In this document: positions 27,578 through 36,734 of the stretch, piece after piece
How the letters are laid out: each line of letters begins with the position of its first letter
How positions within the stretch are numbered: position 1 is the stretch's first letter
From: Deltaproteobacteria bacterium
GTDB taxonomy: Bacteria; Desulfobacterota; Desulfomonilia; UBA1062
DNA length: 64,000 bases
Assembly (NCBI GenBank): GCA_011046135.1
Contig: DSBG01000137.1
Coordinates: forward strand, 23,536-87,535
Reading direction: 5' to 3'
Made by a program: the position numbers and the translations under genes
Notes under the pieces: generated by a model
Database searches by the model: none
Seen by the model: only the letters and a program-made list of their open reading frames with translations
Told to the model about the DNA's origin: nothing

Positions 27578-29458
27578 ATGAAAAAAGGTGCGTGGTACGG
27601 GTTATTCTTTGTTCTGCTGAGTGTGCTCGTGTTCGGGGTCTATTTCAATATCCTGGACAATGAACCCACGAACTGGGACGATCCTGCGCTCTTCACACGG
27701 AGTGCGATTCACACGGTCACGATCGAAAATCTCAGGACCGTTCTTTCCGTCAGCAGGAGTTCCACGTATCAACCCATCAGGGATCTGTCCTACATGATAG
27801 ACTTCGCTCTGTTCAAAGACAACGTGGTCTTTGGGATGCACCTGCACAGCATCCTGCTCTACCTGCTCATGGTGATGGCGTGCTGGCTGTTCCTCATGGA
27901 ACTCTTCAGGGTGTTTCTCGATGACGAGTCACTGTGCTTCACCTGGGCGTGTCTGTCCACCGTGATCTTTGCGGTTCACCCGGTCCACGTGGAGAGCGTT
28001 GCATGGCTCTACGCACGGAAGGAACCGTTAATGGGCATCTTCACCTTCATGAGCCTGTGGTCCTTTCTGAAGGCTCGATCGAGCCGGCCCGGCTACTATG
28101 TTCTCAGTGTTTTCCTGGTTCTCCTTGCTGTCCTGTCCAAACCGACGGCCCTGGTGATCCCTGCCATGATGGTTGTTCTTGATCTCGCAGTTCAGGCAAG
28201 GAAGAGAGAGGTCTCCTTCTGGAGAAAGAGGGCATTCGTCTACATTCCCCTGCTCATCATCGTGGTACCCATGAGCCTCTGGCTGCTGACTATGATGATC
28301 TCCGTTGGAGGGGTGAAACCTTATCACGGGGGAACGTTCTGGACCAATCTCCTGGCAGTTTTCCACATCTTGATCAACTATATCACGCTGATCGGGTTTA
28401 CCATCAACTATGCGGCCGATTATCCCCTGGAGCTCTATGCAGATCCACAGGTCTGGAAGACATGGGTCTTCGTGGGGCTCAACGTGGTCCTGATCGCGAG
28501 CGCTATCCTGGCGTTCGTGAAAAAGCACTACCTCTATGCCGTCTTTGTGGCGTGGTACTACATCTTCCTCCTGCCCGTGGCGCACATCTTCCCCATCGCA
28601 CAGATCATGGCGGACCGCTACGCGCTGCTCTCCTCCCTTTCCTGGTGTGTCCTGCTGGGATATCTCCTGGCGAGGCTGTGGCACGTGCGGCTCGAACACA
28701 CCAGGTTCTCTCCTGAATTCCCCATGATCATCGCGATCACACTCTTTTCTCTGATCGTTCTTGCCTATTCCTACATGACGGTCAGGCAGAACGATATCTG
28801 GCAGAACGCACAGACCCTGTGGGAAGACACCCTTGCAAAGTACCCCAATTCCAGTCCTGCAAACGTGAATCTCTCGGCAATCTACGTCGAGCAGGGGCGT
28901 TTCCAGGAGGTGCAGGAACTCTGCCTGAGGGCCATCAAACAGGTCCCGTACGACTACCTTGCCATCAGCAACCTCGCCCTTGCCCAGATGATGATGGGGC
29001 AGTATGACCATGCCATCTTCAACTATGAGCAGGCCCTCAAGCTCAAGCCCGGTCTCGTCAAGGCAGAGATGGGGCTGGCCAGCTCCTACTGGGCAGCCGG
29101 AGACTACGAGAATGCCTATCAGCTCTATCTCAAGCTCTGGAAAGAGAACAACCTCGGCAATCCGGGACACCGGGCCATGAGTTTCTATCGTCTCGGGGTG
29201 GCTTCCTGGAAACAGGGGAACACGGAAGAGGCCCTTTCCTTTCTCAGCAGAGCAGAGGCCCTGGCAGAAGACAACGAGCAGCTGCTCACGGATCTCGGGG
29301 GAATGTATACCAGCATGGGAGCTATTCCCAGGGCCCTCGAGGTCTATGGACGCCTGTACCGGCTGCTTGATGACGATGATCTGAAGAAGATGCTCAGGGA
29401 CCTCCTGAATGCACTCCGGGCACATCCCTCCCTGAAGAGGGAAGGATCTTCACAATGA
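27578..29458 (+). CDS. polytopic membrane protein with C-terminal TPR repeats (TMTC/DUF1736-like putative glycosyltransferase)
   Basis: ATG 27578 with G-rich RBS; ~11 predicted TM helices over first ~400 aa then TPR-like repeats (AIYVEQGRFQEVQELCLRAIK..., YEQALKLKPGLVKAEMGLASSYWAAGDYENAYQLY). Confidence 0.65.
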   Translation: MKKGAWYGLFFVLLSVLVFGVYFNILDNEPTNWDDPALFTRSAIHTVTIENLRTVLSVSRSSTYQPIRDLSYMIDFALFKDNVVFGMHLHSILLYLLMVMACWLFLMELFRVFLDDESLCFTWACLSTVIFAVHPVHVESVAWLYARKEPLMGIFTFMSLWSFLKARSSRPGYYVLSVFLVLLAVLSKPTALVIPAMMVVLDLAVQARKREVSFWRKRAFVYIPLLIIVVPMSLWLLTMMISVGGVKPYHGGTFWTNLLAVFHILINYITLIGFTINYAADYPLELYADPQVWKTWVFVGLNVVLIASAILAFVKKHYLYAVFVAWYYIFLLPVAHIFPIAQIMADRYALLSSLSWCVLLGYLLARLWHVRLEHTRFSPEFPMIIAITLFSLIVLAYSYMTVRQNDIWQNAQTLWEDTLAKYPNSSPANVNLSAIYVEQGRFQEVQELCLRAIKQVPYDYLAISNLALAQMMMGQYDHAIFNYEQALKLKPGLVKAEMGLASSYWAAGDYENAYQLYLKLWKENNLGNPGHRAMSFYRLGVASWKQGNTEEALSFLSRAEALAEDNEQLLTDLGGMYTSMGAIPRALEVYGRLYRLLDDDDLKKMLRDLLNALRAHPSLKREGSSQ

Positions 29459-30982
29459 AGACAGGGGATCGAGTCTGATGAGTGCGTAGGTCCTCTCTCC
29501 GCGGAGACTGCTTACCAGGATAGCATCAGAGAAGGTTCCCAGGGTATCCAGCAGGTTCTCGAGATTCTCTGTACTCACGGCGAGATAGGTCGATCCTCCG
29601 ATGGGCAGCGTTTCCCGGGAGATAATGAAGGGTCGAACCCCGGCACTTCCCAGGTAGCCTCTCATGACGAGATCATCCGAATACACGAGCAGCGGGGCCT
29701 TGAGAGAGATCTCCTGCAGGTAGGACTGTTTCGCTACATCCCTGAGGGGGTCTTCGAGGATCGGCAAACTCCAGTACAGGATAAAGACGGTAACACAACC
29801 CAGGATAAGCGCCTCCAGGTGTCTCTTGGACCTCATGAGAAAGAAAAAGACGATGCCCAAGGAGAGAACGACCACAGCGAGAGCACCATCGACCGCATGG
29901 AGGCTTCCCGCAGAGATCCTGGAGAAGAAACCGGCAGCGAGCGTCCCGAGGAAGAGGAAGGACCCGCTGACGGCCAGGGAGATGGGCATGATCTTCCCGG
30001 GCTTTTGCTGGCGCAGACCGTTGGCCAACCAGAAACCGACAAGCAGTCCGGCAAAGGGAAGGATCAGGAGAGCACGTACGGGATCGAACCGGGACGAGAA
30101 GAGAACCGCCACCACTGACACAAAGAACGCTGTCTTGATGGGGAGCAGGTCATGCCAGGTCTTGGTGTCAATATCCTTCTCGAGATAGATCCACGCAGGC
30201 ACCAGGAGAGGGAGCCAGGGCAGGAGAGCGATGAAGAGGAGGGCAGTCCGGGAAAGAAAACCTGTCTCCTGGCCAAAGGAGAATATTTCGGAGAGGAAGT
30301 GAGATCCGCCCGCCAGGCGGTACAAGAGGAGGAAGGAACCCACGGTTCCTGCAAGAATGAGAATGCCCGGGATGGGGTGAATGTTCAGGAATCTCACCGG
30401 TGCAAGATCCAGAAGGATCAGGAGCACGATGAATCCCAGGTAACATCCGAGCATGATCCATCCACCGGTGATGGATGCCATCCCTGCAAGGATGTGTGCC
30501 ACTACATACCACCAGGGCTTGGCTTTTCCCAGATAGGCGAGAGAAAAGATCAGGACGGCGAGAACGCAGAGAGTCCCCGGAAGAACCTGTGGCTGTAATC
30601 CTGAATGGGTCATGATGAACCCGAGACTCGTCATCGTGATCAGAGATGAAAACAGCGCGGTTCTCCCTCCGTATACCCGTAAGGCAAAAAGACAGACCGC
30701 CGCTGTGAACAGACAGCCCAGGACAACGAGGACAAGTCTCAAGGTGATGAGTTCTCCTGACGGGACCAGGGAGAAGAGCAGGACCTGCAGAGGGTTCTGT
30801 CCTGCAAAGGGCCGCTCGTTCAGTGTCGGTATGAGGCCACTTGATACCTGCATTTCTCGGATAGACTGGAAGATCCATACCTCCCCGTCAGAGAGCGGGG
30901 ACTGGAGAGCAAAAGGCAGAAGCAAGCAGGCGGTCACTATCAAAATGGCGATGAGTATGGCCGGGCCCCTGAGAACAGTCAC
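29450..30982 (-). CDS. polytopic membrane glycosyltransferase, ArnT/PMT (GT-C, family 39/83)-like
   Basis: 510 aa with >10 TM helices and N-terminal region typical of dolichyl-/undecaprenyl-phosphate-sugar dependent GT-C enzymes; 3' end overlaps convergent TPR membrane protein by 9 nt. Confidence 0.55.
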   Translation of the reverse strand: MTVLRGPAILIAILIVTACLLLPFALQSPLSDGEVWIFQSIREMQVSSGLIPTLNERPFAGQNPLQVLLFSLVPSGELITLRLVLVVLGCLFTAAVCLFALRVYGGRTALFSSLITMTSLGFIMTHSGLQPQVLPGTLCVLAVLIFSLAYLGKAKPWWYVVAHILAGMASITGGWIMLGCYLGFIVLLILLDLAPVRFLNIHPIPGILILAGTVGSFLLLYRLAGGSHFLSEIFSFGQETGFLSRTALLFIALLPWLPLLVPAWIYLEKDIDTKTWHDLLPIKTAFFVSVVAVLFSSRFDPVRALLILPFAGLLVGFWLANGLRQQKPGKIMPISLAVSGSFLFLGTLAAGFFSRISAGSLHAVDGALAVVVLSLGIVFFFLMRSKRHLEALILGCVTVFILYWSLPILEDPLRDVAKQSYLQEISLKAPLLVYSDDLVMRGYLGSAGVRPFIISRETLPIGGSTYLAVSTENLENLLDTLGTFSDAILVSSLRGERTYALIRLDPLSSL

Positions 30983-31113
30983 GCTGGATATCCTCCAAGT
31001 AATAATGAGGGTTTACCTGAGAGTGGCAAAAGGTGTCAAGCGCCGATATTTTCCTTGAATGGAGTTGACTTCTCTCTGCCGGGTCCGTAGAATTGTCTCA
31101 GAAAGGGCAGAGC

Positions 31114-31887
31114 GTGGCCTCTATCGAAGAATTGCTCAAGGGTAAGGGGATCGGAAAACCGAAGATCGAACTGAGATCAGATCGCAGGGCTTTCGATGAA
31201 ATGCGAGAGGTGCAGATCACCAGGGGCTACTGTAAACACGCCCTCGGATCGTGCCTTATTGAGGTTGGCGACACCAGGGTTATGTGCGCAGCAAATATGG
31301 AGAATCGGGTACCTCCGCACATCAAGAATACCGGCATGGGGTGGATTACGGCAGAGTACGGGATGTTGCCGGCATCGACTTCTGTCAGGACCACGCGCGA
31401 GTCAACCCGGGGAAGACCCATGGGGAGAACCCAGGAAATCCAGCGCCTCATCGGTCGGTGCCTCAGGGCAACAGCAGCGCTGGAGTATCTCGGAGAGAGA
31501 ACCATCTGGGTCGACTGTGATGTCCTCCAGGCAGACGGGGGAACCCGAACCGCCTCCATCACCGGCGCGTATGTGGCCCTGATGGATGCAGTGAACTCCC
31601 TGCTCGAACAGCAGATCATCACGAGGAATCCCATCACCGATCAGGTCGCTGCCATCTCGGTGGGGATGGTCGATGGTGAGTTGCTGCTCGATCTCACCTA
31701 CGAGGAGGATTCTCGTGCCGATGTTGACATGAACGTCGTCATGGCCACAGGCAGTAGCATCATAGAGATCCAGGGGACCGCGGAAAAAGCGCCGTTCTCT
31801 TTCCAGCAAATGATGACGATGATACACCTCGCAAAAAAAGGCATCGATCAGCTCATGGAGCGGCAGCTGCAGACCCTTGCTGAATGA
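31114..31887 (+). CDS. rph: ribonuclease PH
   Basis: RSDRRAFDEMREVQITRGY...WITAEYGMLP...DCDVLQADGGTRTASITGA RNase PH blocks; start ambiguous (TTG 31093 / GTG 31114 with AAAGGG RBS / TTG 31132). Confidence 0.88.
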   Translation: MASIEELLKGKGIGKPKIELRSDRRAFDEMREVQITRGYCKHALGSCLIEVGDTRVMCAANMENRVPPHIKNTGMGWITAEYGMLPASTSVRTTRESTRGRPMGRTQEIQRLIGRCLRATAALEYLGERTIWVDCDVLQADGGTRTASITGAYVALMDAVNSLLEQQIITRNPITDQVAAISVGMVDGELLLDLTYEEDSRADVDMNVVMATGSSIIEIQGTAEKAPFSFQQMMTMIHLAKKGIDQLMERQLQTLAE

Positions 31888-32474
31888 AACTCCTCGTTGC
31901 CACGTCTAACCCCGGCAAGATACGGGAAATCTCGGAGATTCTCGGCTCCTGCGGGATAACGCTCGTTTCCCCTGATGAAAAGGGCCTTGCCTTTGACGTT
32001 GAAGAAGGTGGCACCACCTTCGCGGAAAATGCAACGATCAAGGCCCTGGCCTGGAACAGGGCAACAGGAATGCCCTGTCTTGCTGATGACTCGGGTCTGT
32101 GTGTTGATGCACTCGGTGGAGCCCCCGGGGTCTTTTCAGCACGCTATGCAGGTCACGCAGCGACAGATGCCGACAACAACAGCCTCCTGCTCAGGAATCT
32201 CGAGGGCGTTGAAGACAGGACGGCTCGGTTTGTCTGTGTCATGGCCCTTGCCTTTTCCCCCGAAGATATTCTGACCACCACCGGGCAGTGCGAGGGAGTG
32301 ATCCTGACGGGACCACGCGGGGAACAGGGCTTCGGGTATGACAGTCTCTTCCTCGATCCAGGGAGCGGAAAATCCTTCGCGCAGATGACCCCCGAAGAGA
32401 AGAATGCCCGGAGCCACAGGCGCAGAGCCCTCATGGCACTGAGGGATCTTCTGAAATCCACCGGTCGCATCTGA
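31884..32474 (+). CDS. rdgB: dITP/XTP pyrophosphatase (RdgB/HAM1)
   Basis: MKLLVATSNPGKIREI...FGYDSLF Ham1 motifs; ATGA overlap with rph. Confidence 0.9.
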   Translation: MKLLVATSNPGKIREISEILGSCGITLVSPDEKGLAFDVEEGGTTFAENATIKALAWNRATGMPCLADDSGLCVDALGGAPGVFSARYAGHAATDADNNSLLLRNLEGVEDRTARFVCVMALAFSPEDILTTTGQCEGVILTGPRGEQGFGYDSLFLDPGSGKSFAQMTPEEKNARSHRRRALMALRDLLKSTGRI

Positions 32475-32612
32475 TCGACAGCACCCGCGAGTGTTCGTTC
32501 ATGACGGGAGAATGTTTGTTCAGCCGATGGAAAACAGTCAGCCTCGTGACAGACAGGCGTATTTCGAGGGAAGATGGAGAGTCTTCGCCCTGCTCGAGAG
32601 AACGGTACGAAA

Positions 32613-33014
32613 ATGCCTTATACGCTCATTGATCATACTGCGGATATTGGTATACGGGTGAGGGCCCGGAACATCCAAAACCTCTATGAGGAAGCGGGGT
32701 ATGCCATGGTTGATATCCTCGGTGCCTCACTACAACCGGGCGCAGAACAGATCGAGATGAGAATAGACGGGCTCGACCGGATTGATCTGCTGGTGAGGTG
32801 GCTTCAGGAGATCCTGTATTTCATCGGAGTGAAAGGGTTCCGTGTCTCGGATATCCAGGTCACGGCACTGACAGAAACGAACCTCTCTGCTGTGCTCACC
32901 GGCGGTACAGCGAAGACACCCCTGGCCACGGAAATCAAGGCAGTTACCTACCACGACCTCACGATCCGAGAGATTGACAATCAGGTGGAGACCATCATTA
33001 TTCTGGATACGTAG
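32613..33014 (+). CDS. archease (RtcB activator)
   Basis: MPYTLIDHTADIGIRV N-terminal archease signature and conserved C-terminal block (IKAVTYHDLTI); directly upstream of rtcB. Confidence 0.8.
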   Translation: MPYTLIDHTADIGIRVRARNIQNLYEEAGYAMVDILGASLQPGAEQIEMRIDGLDRIDLLVRWLQEILYFIGVKGFRVSDIQVTALTETNLSAVLTGGTAKTPLATEIKAVTYHDLTIREIDNQVETIIILDT

Positions 33015-33028
33015 AAGGGAATCCGCCC

Positions 33029-34471
33029 ATGGAGAAACTCACAATCAAACGCATCGATCCCTACCGGATCCGGATAGAAAAGACACCTCCCATGCGTACC
33101 ACCGGGCTCGTCTATGTAAACAGCGCCCTTGAGAAAACGTTGGAGCACGATATGGTGCTCAATCAGGTGGCCAACGTGGCGTGTCTGCCCGGAATTGTCG
33201 GCCCTTCACTGGCAATGCCCGACATTCACTGGGGGTATGGGTTTCCCATCGGGGGTGTCGCGGCGTTCTCCCTGGACGAAGGTGTAATCTCCCCCGGGGG
33301 TGTTGGCTATGACATCAACTGCGGTGTCTCTTGTGTCCTGACTTCATTCACGAGAGATGAGGTCTCTTCCCGGATCAATGAGTTGCTTGCCACGCTTTTC
33401 GGAAGGATTCCCTCAGGTGTTGGATCGACCAATAAAGACGTTCGACTCTCGGACAAGGAGTTCTTGAAGGTCCTCCTCAAGGGTGCTTCCTGGGCAACCA
33501 AGAGCGGGTATGGATCCCCGGGAGATCTGGATGCGTACGAGGACAGGGGCTCCATTGCGGGGGCCAACCCGGACGCGGTTTCAAAGAGGGCACTTGAACG
33601 AGGTCTTCCCCAGCTTGGAACCCTGGGCTCAGGGAACCATTTTCTCGAACTCGATGTCGTGGATTTCATTGCCGATGAAGAGAGGGCCCGGAAATTCGGA
33701 CTGTTTCAGGGGCAGATCGTGATTCTGCTTCACACCGGGTCCCGCGGCCTCGGCCACCAGATCTGCGATGATCACGTGCATGAGATGCTCAAAGCCATGC
33801 CCTCCCACGGCATTGAACTTCCCGACAGGCAACTCGCCTGTGCCCCTGTAACGAGCAGAGAAGGTCAGGCATATCTCCAGGCCATGGCCGCCGCTGCAAA
33901 TTTTGCCTTCGCAAACCGGCAGATCATCATCCATCTCATCAGGGGATCCTTCGAGAAGACCTTCGGGAAATCATGGGACCGACTGGGTATGAGACTGCTG
34001 TACGACTGTTGCCATAACATTGCAAAGATCGAACAGATCTCCTGGAAGGGATCGCAGAGAAAGGTCTGCGTACATCGCAAGGGAGCTACGCGTGCCCTGC
34101 CCCCTGGGGATGTGCGTCTGCCGGAGAGATTCACGGCCACCGGAGGACCTGTGCTGGTACCGGGAGACATGGGCAGGATGTCCTTCATCCTTGCGGGTTC
34201 CCAATGGGCCGAGGAGACCTTTTTCAGTGCATGCCATGGAGCCGGAAGGATCCTCTCACGCCGGCAGGCCAAGAAGATTTCCAGAAAGAGATCGATTGCC
34301 GACGAACTGCGCCGTCAGGAAATCCATGCCGTTGCGGCTTCCCGCTCGACCTTGGCCGAAGAGATACCCGAGGCATACAAGGATGTCTCCGCGGTGGTAA
34401 ACACCATTACGGGCGCAGGCATTGCCACTGCTGTGGCGAGGCTCAGGCCCGTTGCAATGATCAAGGGGTAG
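33029..34471 (+). CDS. rtcB: RNA-splicing ligase RtcB (3'-phosphate/5'-hydroxyl RNA ligase)
   Basis: 480 aa; DIHWGYGFPIGGVAAF, GSGNHFLEL, HNHAGR-like CHNIAK..HRKGATRA, CHGAGR metal/GTP-binding motifs. Confidence 0.92.
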   Translation: MEKLTIKRIDPYRIRIEKTPPMRTTGLVYVNSALEKTLEHDMVLNQVANVACLPGIVGPSLAMPDIHWGYGFPIGGVAAFSLDEGVISPGGVGYDINCGVSCVLTSFTRDEVSSRINELLATLFGRIPSGVGSTNKDVRLSDKEFLKVLLKGASWATKSGYGSPGDLDAYEDRGSIAGANPDAVSKRALERGLPQLGTLGSGNHFLELDVVDFIADEERARKFGLFQGQIVILLHTGSRGLGHQICDDHVHEMLKAMPSHGIELPDRQLACAPVTSREGQAYLQAMAAAANFAFANRQIIIHLIRGSFEKTFGKSWDRLGMRLLYDCCHNIAKIEQISWKGSQRKVCVHRKGATRALPPGDVRLPERFTATGGPVLVPGDMGRMSFILAGSQWAEETFFSACHGAGRILSRRQAKKISRKRSIADELRRQEIHAVAASRSTLAEEIPEAYKDVSAVVNTITGAGIATAVARLRPVAMIKG

Positions 34472-34472
34472 G

Positions 34473-35117
34473 TCACTCGGGGGTCGGTTCAGCCTCCCCT
34501 GACTCCTCGGGTGCCTCAACCTCTGCCTCTTCTGCTTCAACCTCGAGATACCGGGTGGAAACAACCATGGCGATGACCTTGTCTTCGCTCACTCCGTGAC
34601 CGAGGCTTACCCCTTCGGGCAGGTGCAGGTCGGAAGCGAGAATGGAATCGTTCTTTTCCTGCATGACAGAGATGTCAACCACGATCTCCGAGGGAATGTG
34701 AGCCGGCGAACACTTGAGATGGATGGACATCTCTTCCTGGCTGACCCTTCCCGTACCGTCTTTCTCCAAGGGCGAGTTCCCCGTTAATACAATGGGAACT
34801 TCCACAGTGACATCCCGTGCCAGATCCACCTTCAGAAACTCAATGTGCAGGATGTTCCTGTTCATCTTGTCCCGATGGAGGGAATGGAACAGGACCGGCA
34901 CCTTCTTGCCTTCGACAGAGAGGTCAACGATGGATGTTCCGTGGACCTTCTTGTAGATCTGTTCGAAAGCCTTTGCGTTTACCTGGACAGGAGTTGAAAC
35001 AAAATCCTTGCCATGGATGACACCGGGAATGAGTCCTTCCCGGCGCAGTTGACGCACCTTTTTTTTGTGCAGTGTCCGTTCGCTTACTTCTAGACTGAGT
35101 GCTGCTTTTGCTCCCAT
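34473..35117 (-). CDS. rplY: 50S ribosomal protein L25 / general stress protein Ctc form
   Basis: VIHGKDFVSTPVQVNAKAFEQIYKKVHGTSIVDLSVEGKKVPVLFHSLHRDKMNRNILHIEF L25 beta-barrel plus C-terminal extension and acidic tail; ATG 35117. Confidence 0.88.
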   Translation of the reverse strand: MGAKAALSLEVSERTLHKKKVRQLRREGLIPGVIHGKDFVSTPVQVNAKAFEQIYKKVHGTSIVDLSVEGKKVPVLFHSLHRDKMNRNILHIEFLKVDLARDVTVEVPIVLTGNSPLEKDGTGRVSQEEMSIHLKCSPAHIPSEIVVDISVMQEKNDSILASDLHLPEGVSLGHGVSEDKVIAMVVSTRYLEVEAEEAEVEAPEESGEAEPTPE

Positions 35118-35294
35118 TGTAGTTCCTCCGCTTTGCAATAGAGGCAGCACTATACAGGATCAGGATCCGAAGAGTCAATGAAAAGCAAGGAAAAGGACAA
35201 GGAGACCGAACAGCATCTGCGGTTTTTTGCCCGGGCGTCGGCGTGGAAAAGGCCTGCACCGAACCGTGAAGGATGACCCCTTGCCAATCCGTTC

Positions 35295-35323
35295 TTGACA
35301 ATCCGAGCTCATGGGGGTAATAC
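35295..35323 (+). promoter_or_regulatory. sigma-70-type promoter for greA (TTGACA-17-TAATAC)
   Basis: Consensus -35 at 35295-35300, 17-nt spacer, -10 TAATAC at 35318-35323. Confidence 0.4.
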
Positions 35324-35334
35324 TTCGAAACGAT

Positions 35335-35369
35335 ACTGGTAGGCAGCTACTGGTATCTTTTTTCTTTTC
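35335..35369 (+). terminator. leader hairpin + T-tract between greA promoter and RBS (attenuator / GraL-like leader terminator candidate)
   Basis: actggtaggcagctactggt imperfect hairpin (loop gcag) followed by atcttttttcttttc, ending 2 nt before the AAGAGG RBS. Confidence 0.3.
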
Positions 35370-35384
35370 TAAGAGGTGCAGAGC

Positions 35385-35855
35385 ATGAAGAGAAATCCCA
35401 TTACAAAACAGGGGTACGCCTCTATCAGAGAGGAACTTGAACGTCTGAAAAAGATTGAGCGTCCAAAGATCATCGCGGCCATTGAAGAGGCTCGGGGACA
35501 TGGCGATCTCTCGGAGAATGCCGAGTACATCTATGCCAAAGAACGTCAATCCTTCATAGAGACGCGAATACAGGATATCGAAAACAAGCTCGGAAGCGCC
35601 GAGATCATTGATACGACAAACCTGCCGCGTGATCGCATCGTGTTCGGGTCGAAATTCGTTCTGTGCAACGTCGAGACCGATGAAGAGAACACCTACCAGA
35701 TCGTCGGTGTCGATGAGTCTGATATTGACAACGGAAAGATCTCCGTTGAATCTCCCATGGCAAAAGCGTTGATCGGGAAGAAGATCGATGATGAAGTGAT
35801 CGTGGATACGCCCAACGGCCAGAGGGAATTCGAGATCCTGGAAATTCTCACCTGA
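35385..35855 (+). CDS. greA: transcription elongation factor GreA
   Basis: ITKQGYASIREELERLKKIERPKIIAAIEEARGHGDLSENAEY...; ATG 35385 with AAGAGG RBS at 8 nt. Confidence 0.93.
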   Translation: MKRNPITKQGYASIREELERLKKIERPKIIAAIEEARGHGDLSENAEYIYAKERQSFIETRIQDIENKLGSAEIIDTTNLPRDRIVFGSKFVLCNVETDEENTYQIVGVDESDIDNGKISVESPMAKALIGKKIDDEVIVDTPNGQREFEILEILT

Positions 35856-35934
35856 AAAGCTGTTCTTCCCGGGACCTTCTGGGCATTTTCTGCCGAAAGA
35901 CACCTGGAGGCACTGTTCCGTGAACCATGGTGAC

Positions 35935-36732
35935 CTATCTTTTCTGCGTGTGCTTTCCGGGGACAAAGAAAATGTGGGGACGTGAAGCCAGAGGATCCCT
36001 CTCCACCACCAGCCGAACCTGATAGATCTCCTCCAGTGTTGTCGCTGTGAGCACGTGTTCAGGGCTGCCACAGGCATGAACCCTCCCGGAGCTCATCAGG
36101 GCTATGGTGTCGCAGTAGGCGCTGGCGATGTTCAGGTCGTGAAGGATGAGGACCACGGTGAGCCCGTATTCATCCCTGAGAAGTTTGAGCATGTCGAGAA
36201 GATTCACCTGGTGAGAGATGTCGAGGTGGGCGGTAGGTTCATCCATGAGGATGAGCTCCGGTCTCTGGGTCAGACCCTGGGCAAGGAAGACCCGCTGCAG
36301 TTCACCCCCGGAGAGACTCTGGAGTCGGCGGTCCTTGTATCTCAGCAGATCCAGCATCTCGAGTGTTTCTTCCACGATGGTGCGGTCTTTTCGTGTCAGG
36401 GCGGAGAATCTGTCTCTGTGGGGATAGCGTCCCATGAGCACGAATTCCTCCACGGTGTAGGGGAAGGGAACCCACTGGAACTGGGGGATATAGGCCGCCC
36501 GCTGGGCGATCTTTCTGCGGGGCAACGTTCTGATGTCATTCCCCCCGAACCAGACGGACCCCTCCCAGGGCTTCAGGATACCACTCAGGCACTTGAAGAG
36601 GGTTGTCTTTCCCGCACCATTGGGGCCGATGATGCCGTAGAGGCATGTCCGGGGCACATCCAGGGAGATGTCGTGTATGACGGGAGTCTTCCCGTACCCT
36701 GCAGTGACGTGTTCCGCTCGCAGGTGCGTCAC
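35935..36732 (-). CDS. ABC transporter ATP-binding protein, iron-siderophore/cobalamin (FecE/BtuD) type
   Basis: Walker A GPNGAGKTT, LSGGELQRVFLAQ signature, MDEP Walker B; coupled to FecCD permease. Confidence 0.88.
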   Translation of the reverse strand: MTHLRAEHVTAGYGKTPVIHDISLDVPRTCLYGIIGPNGAGKTTLFKCLSGILKPWEGSVWFGGNDIRTLPRRKIAQRAAYIPQFQWVPFPYTVEEFVLMGRYPHRDRFSALTRKDRTIVEETLEMLDLLRYKDRRLQSLSGGELQRVFLAQGLTQRPELILMDEPTAHLDISHQVNLLDMLKLLRDEYGLTVVLILHDLNIASAYCDTIALMSSGRVHACGSPEHVLTATTLEEIYQVRLVVERDPLASRPHIFFVPGKHTQKR

Positions 36733-36734
36733 GC

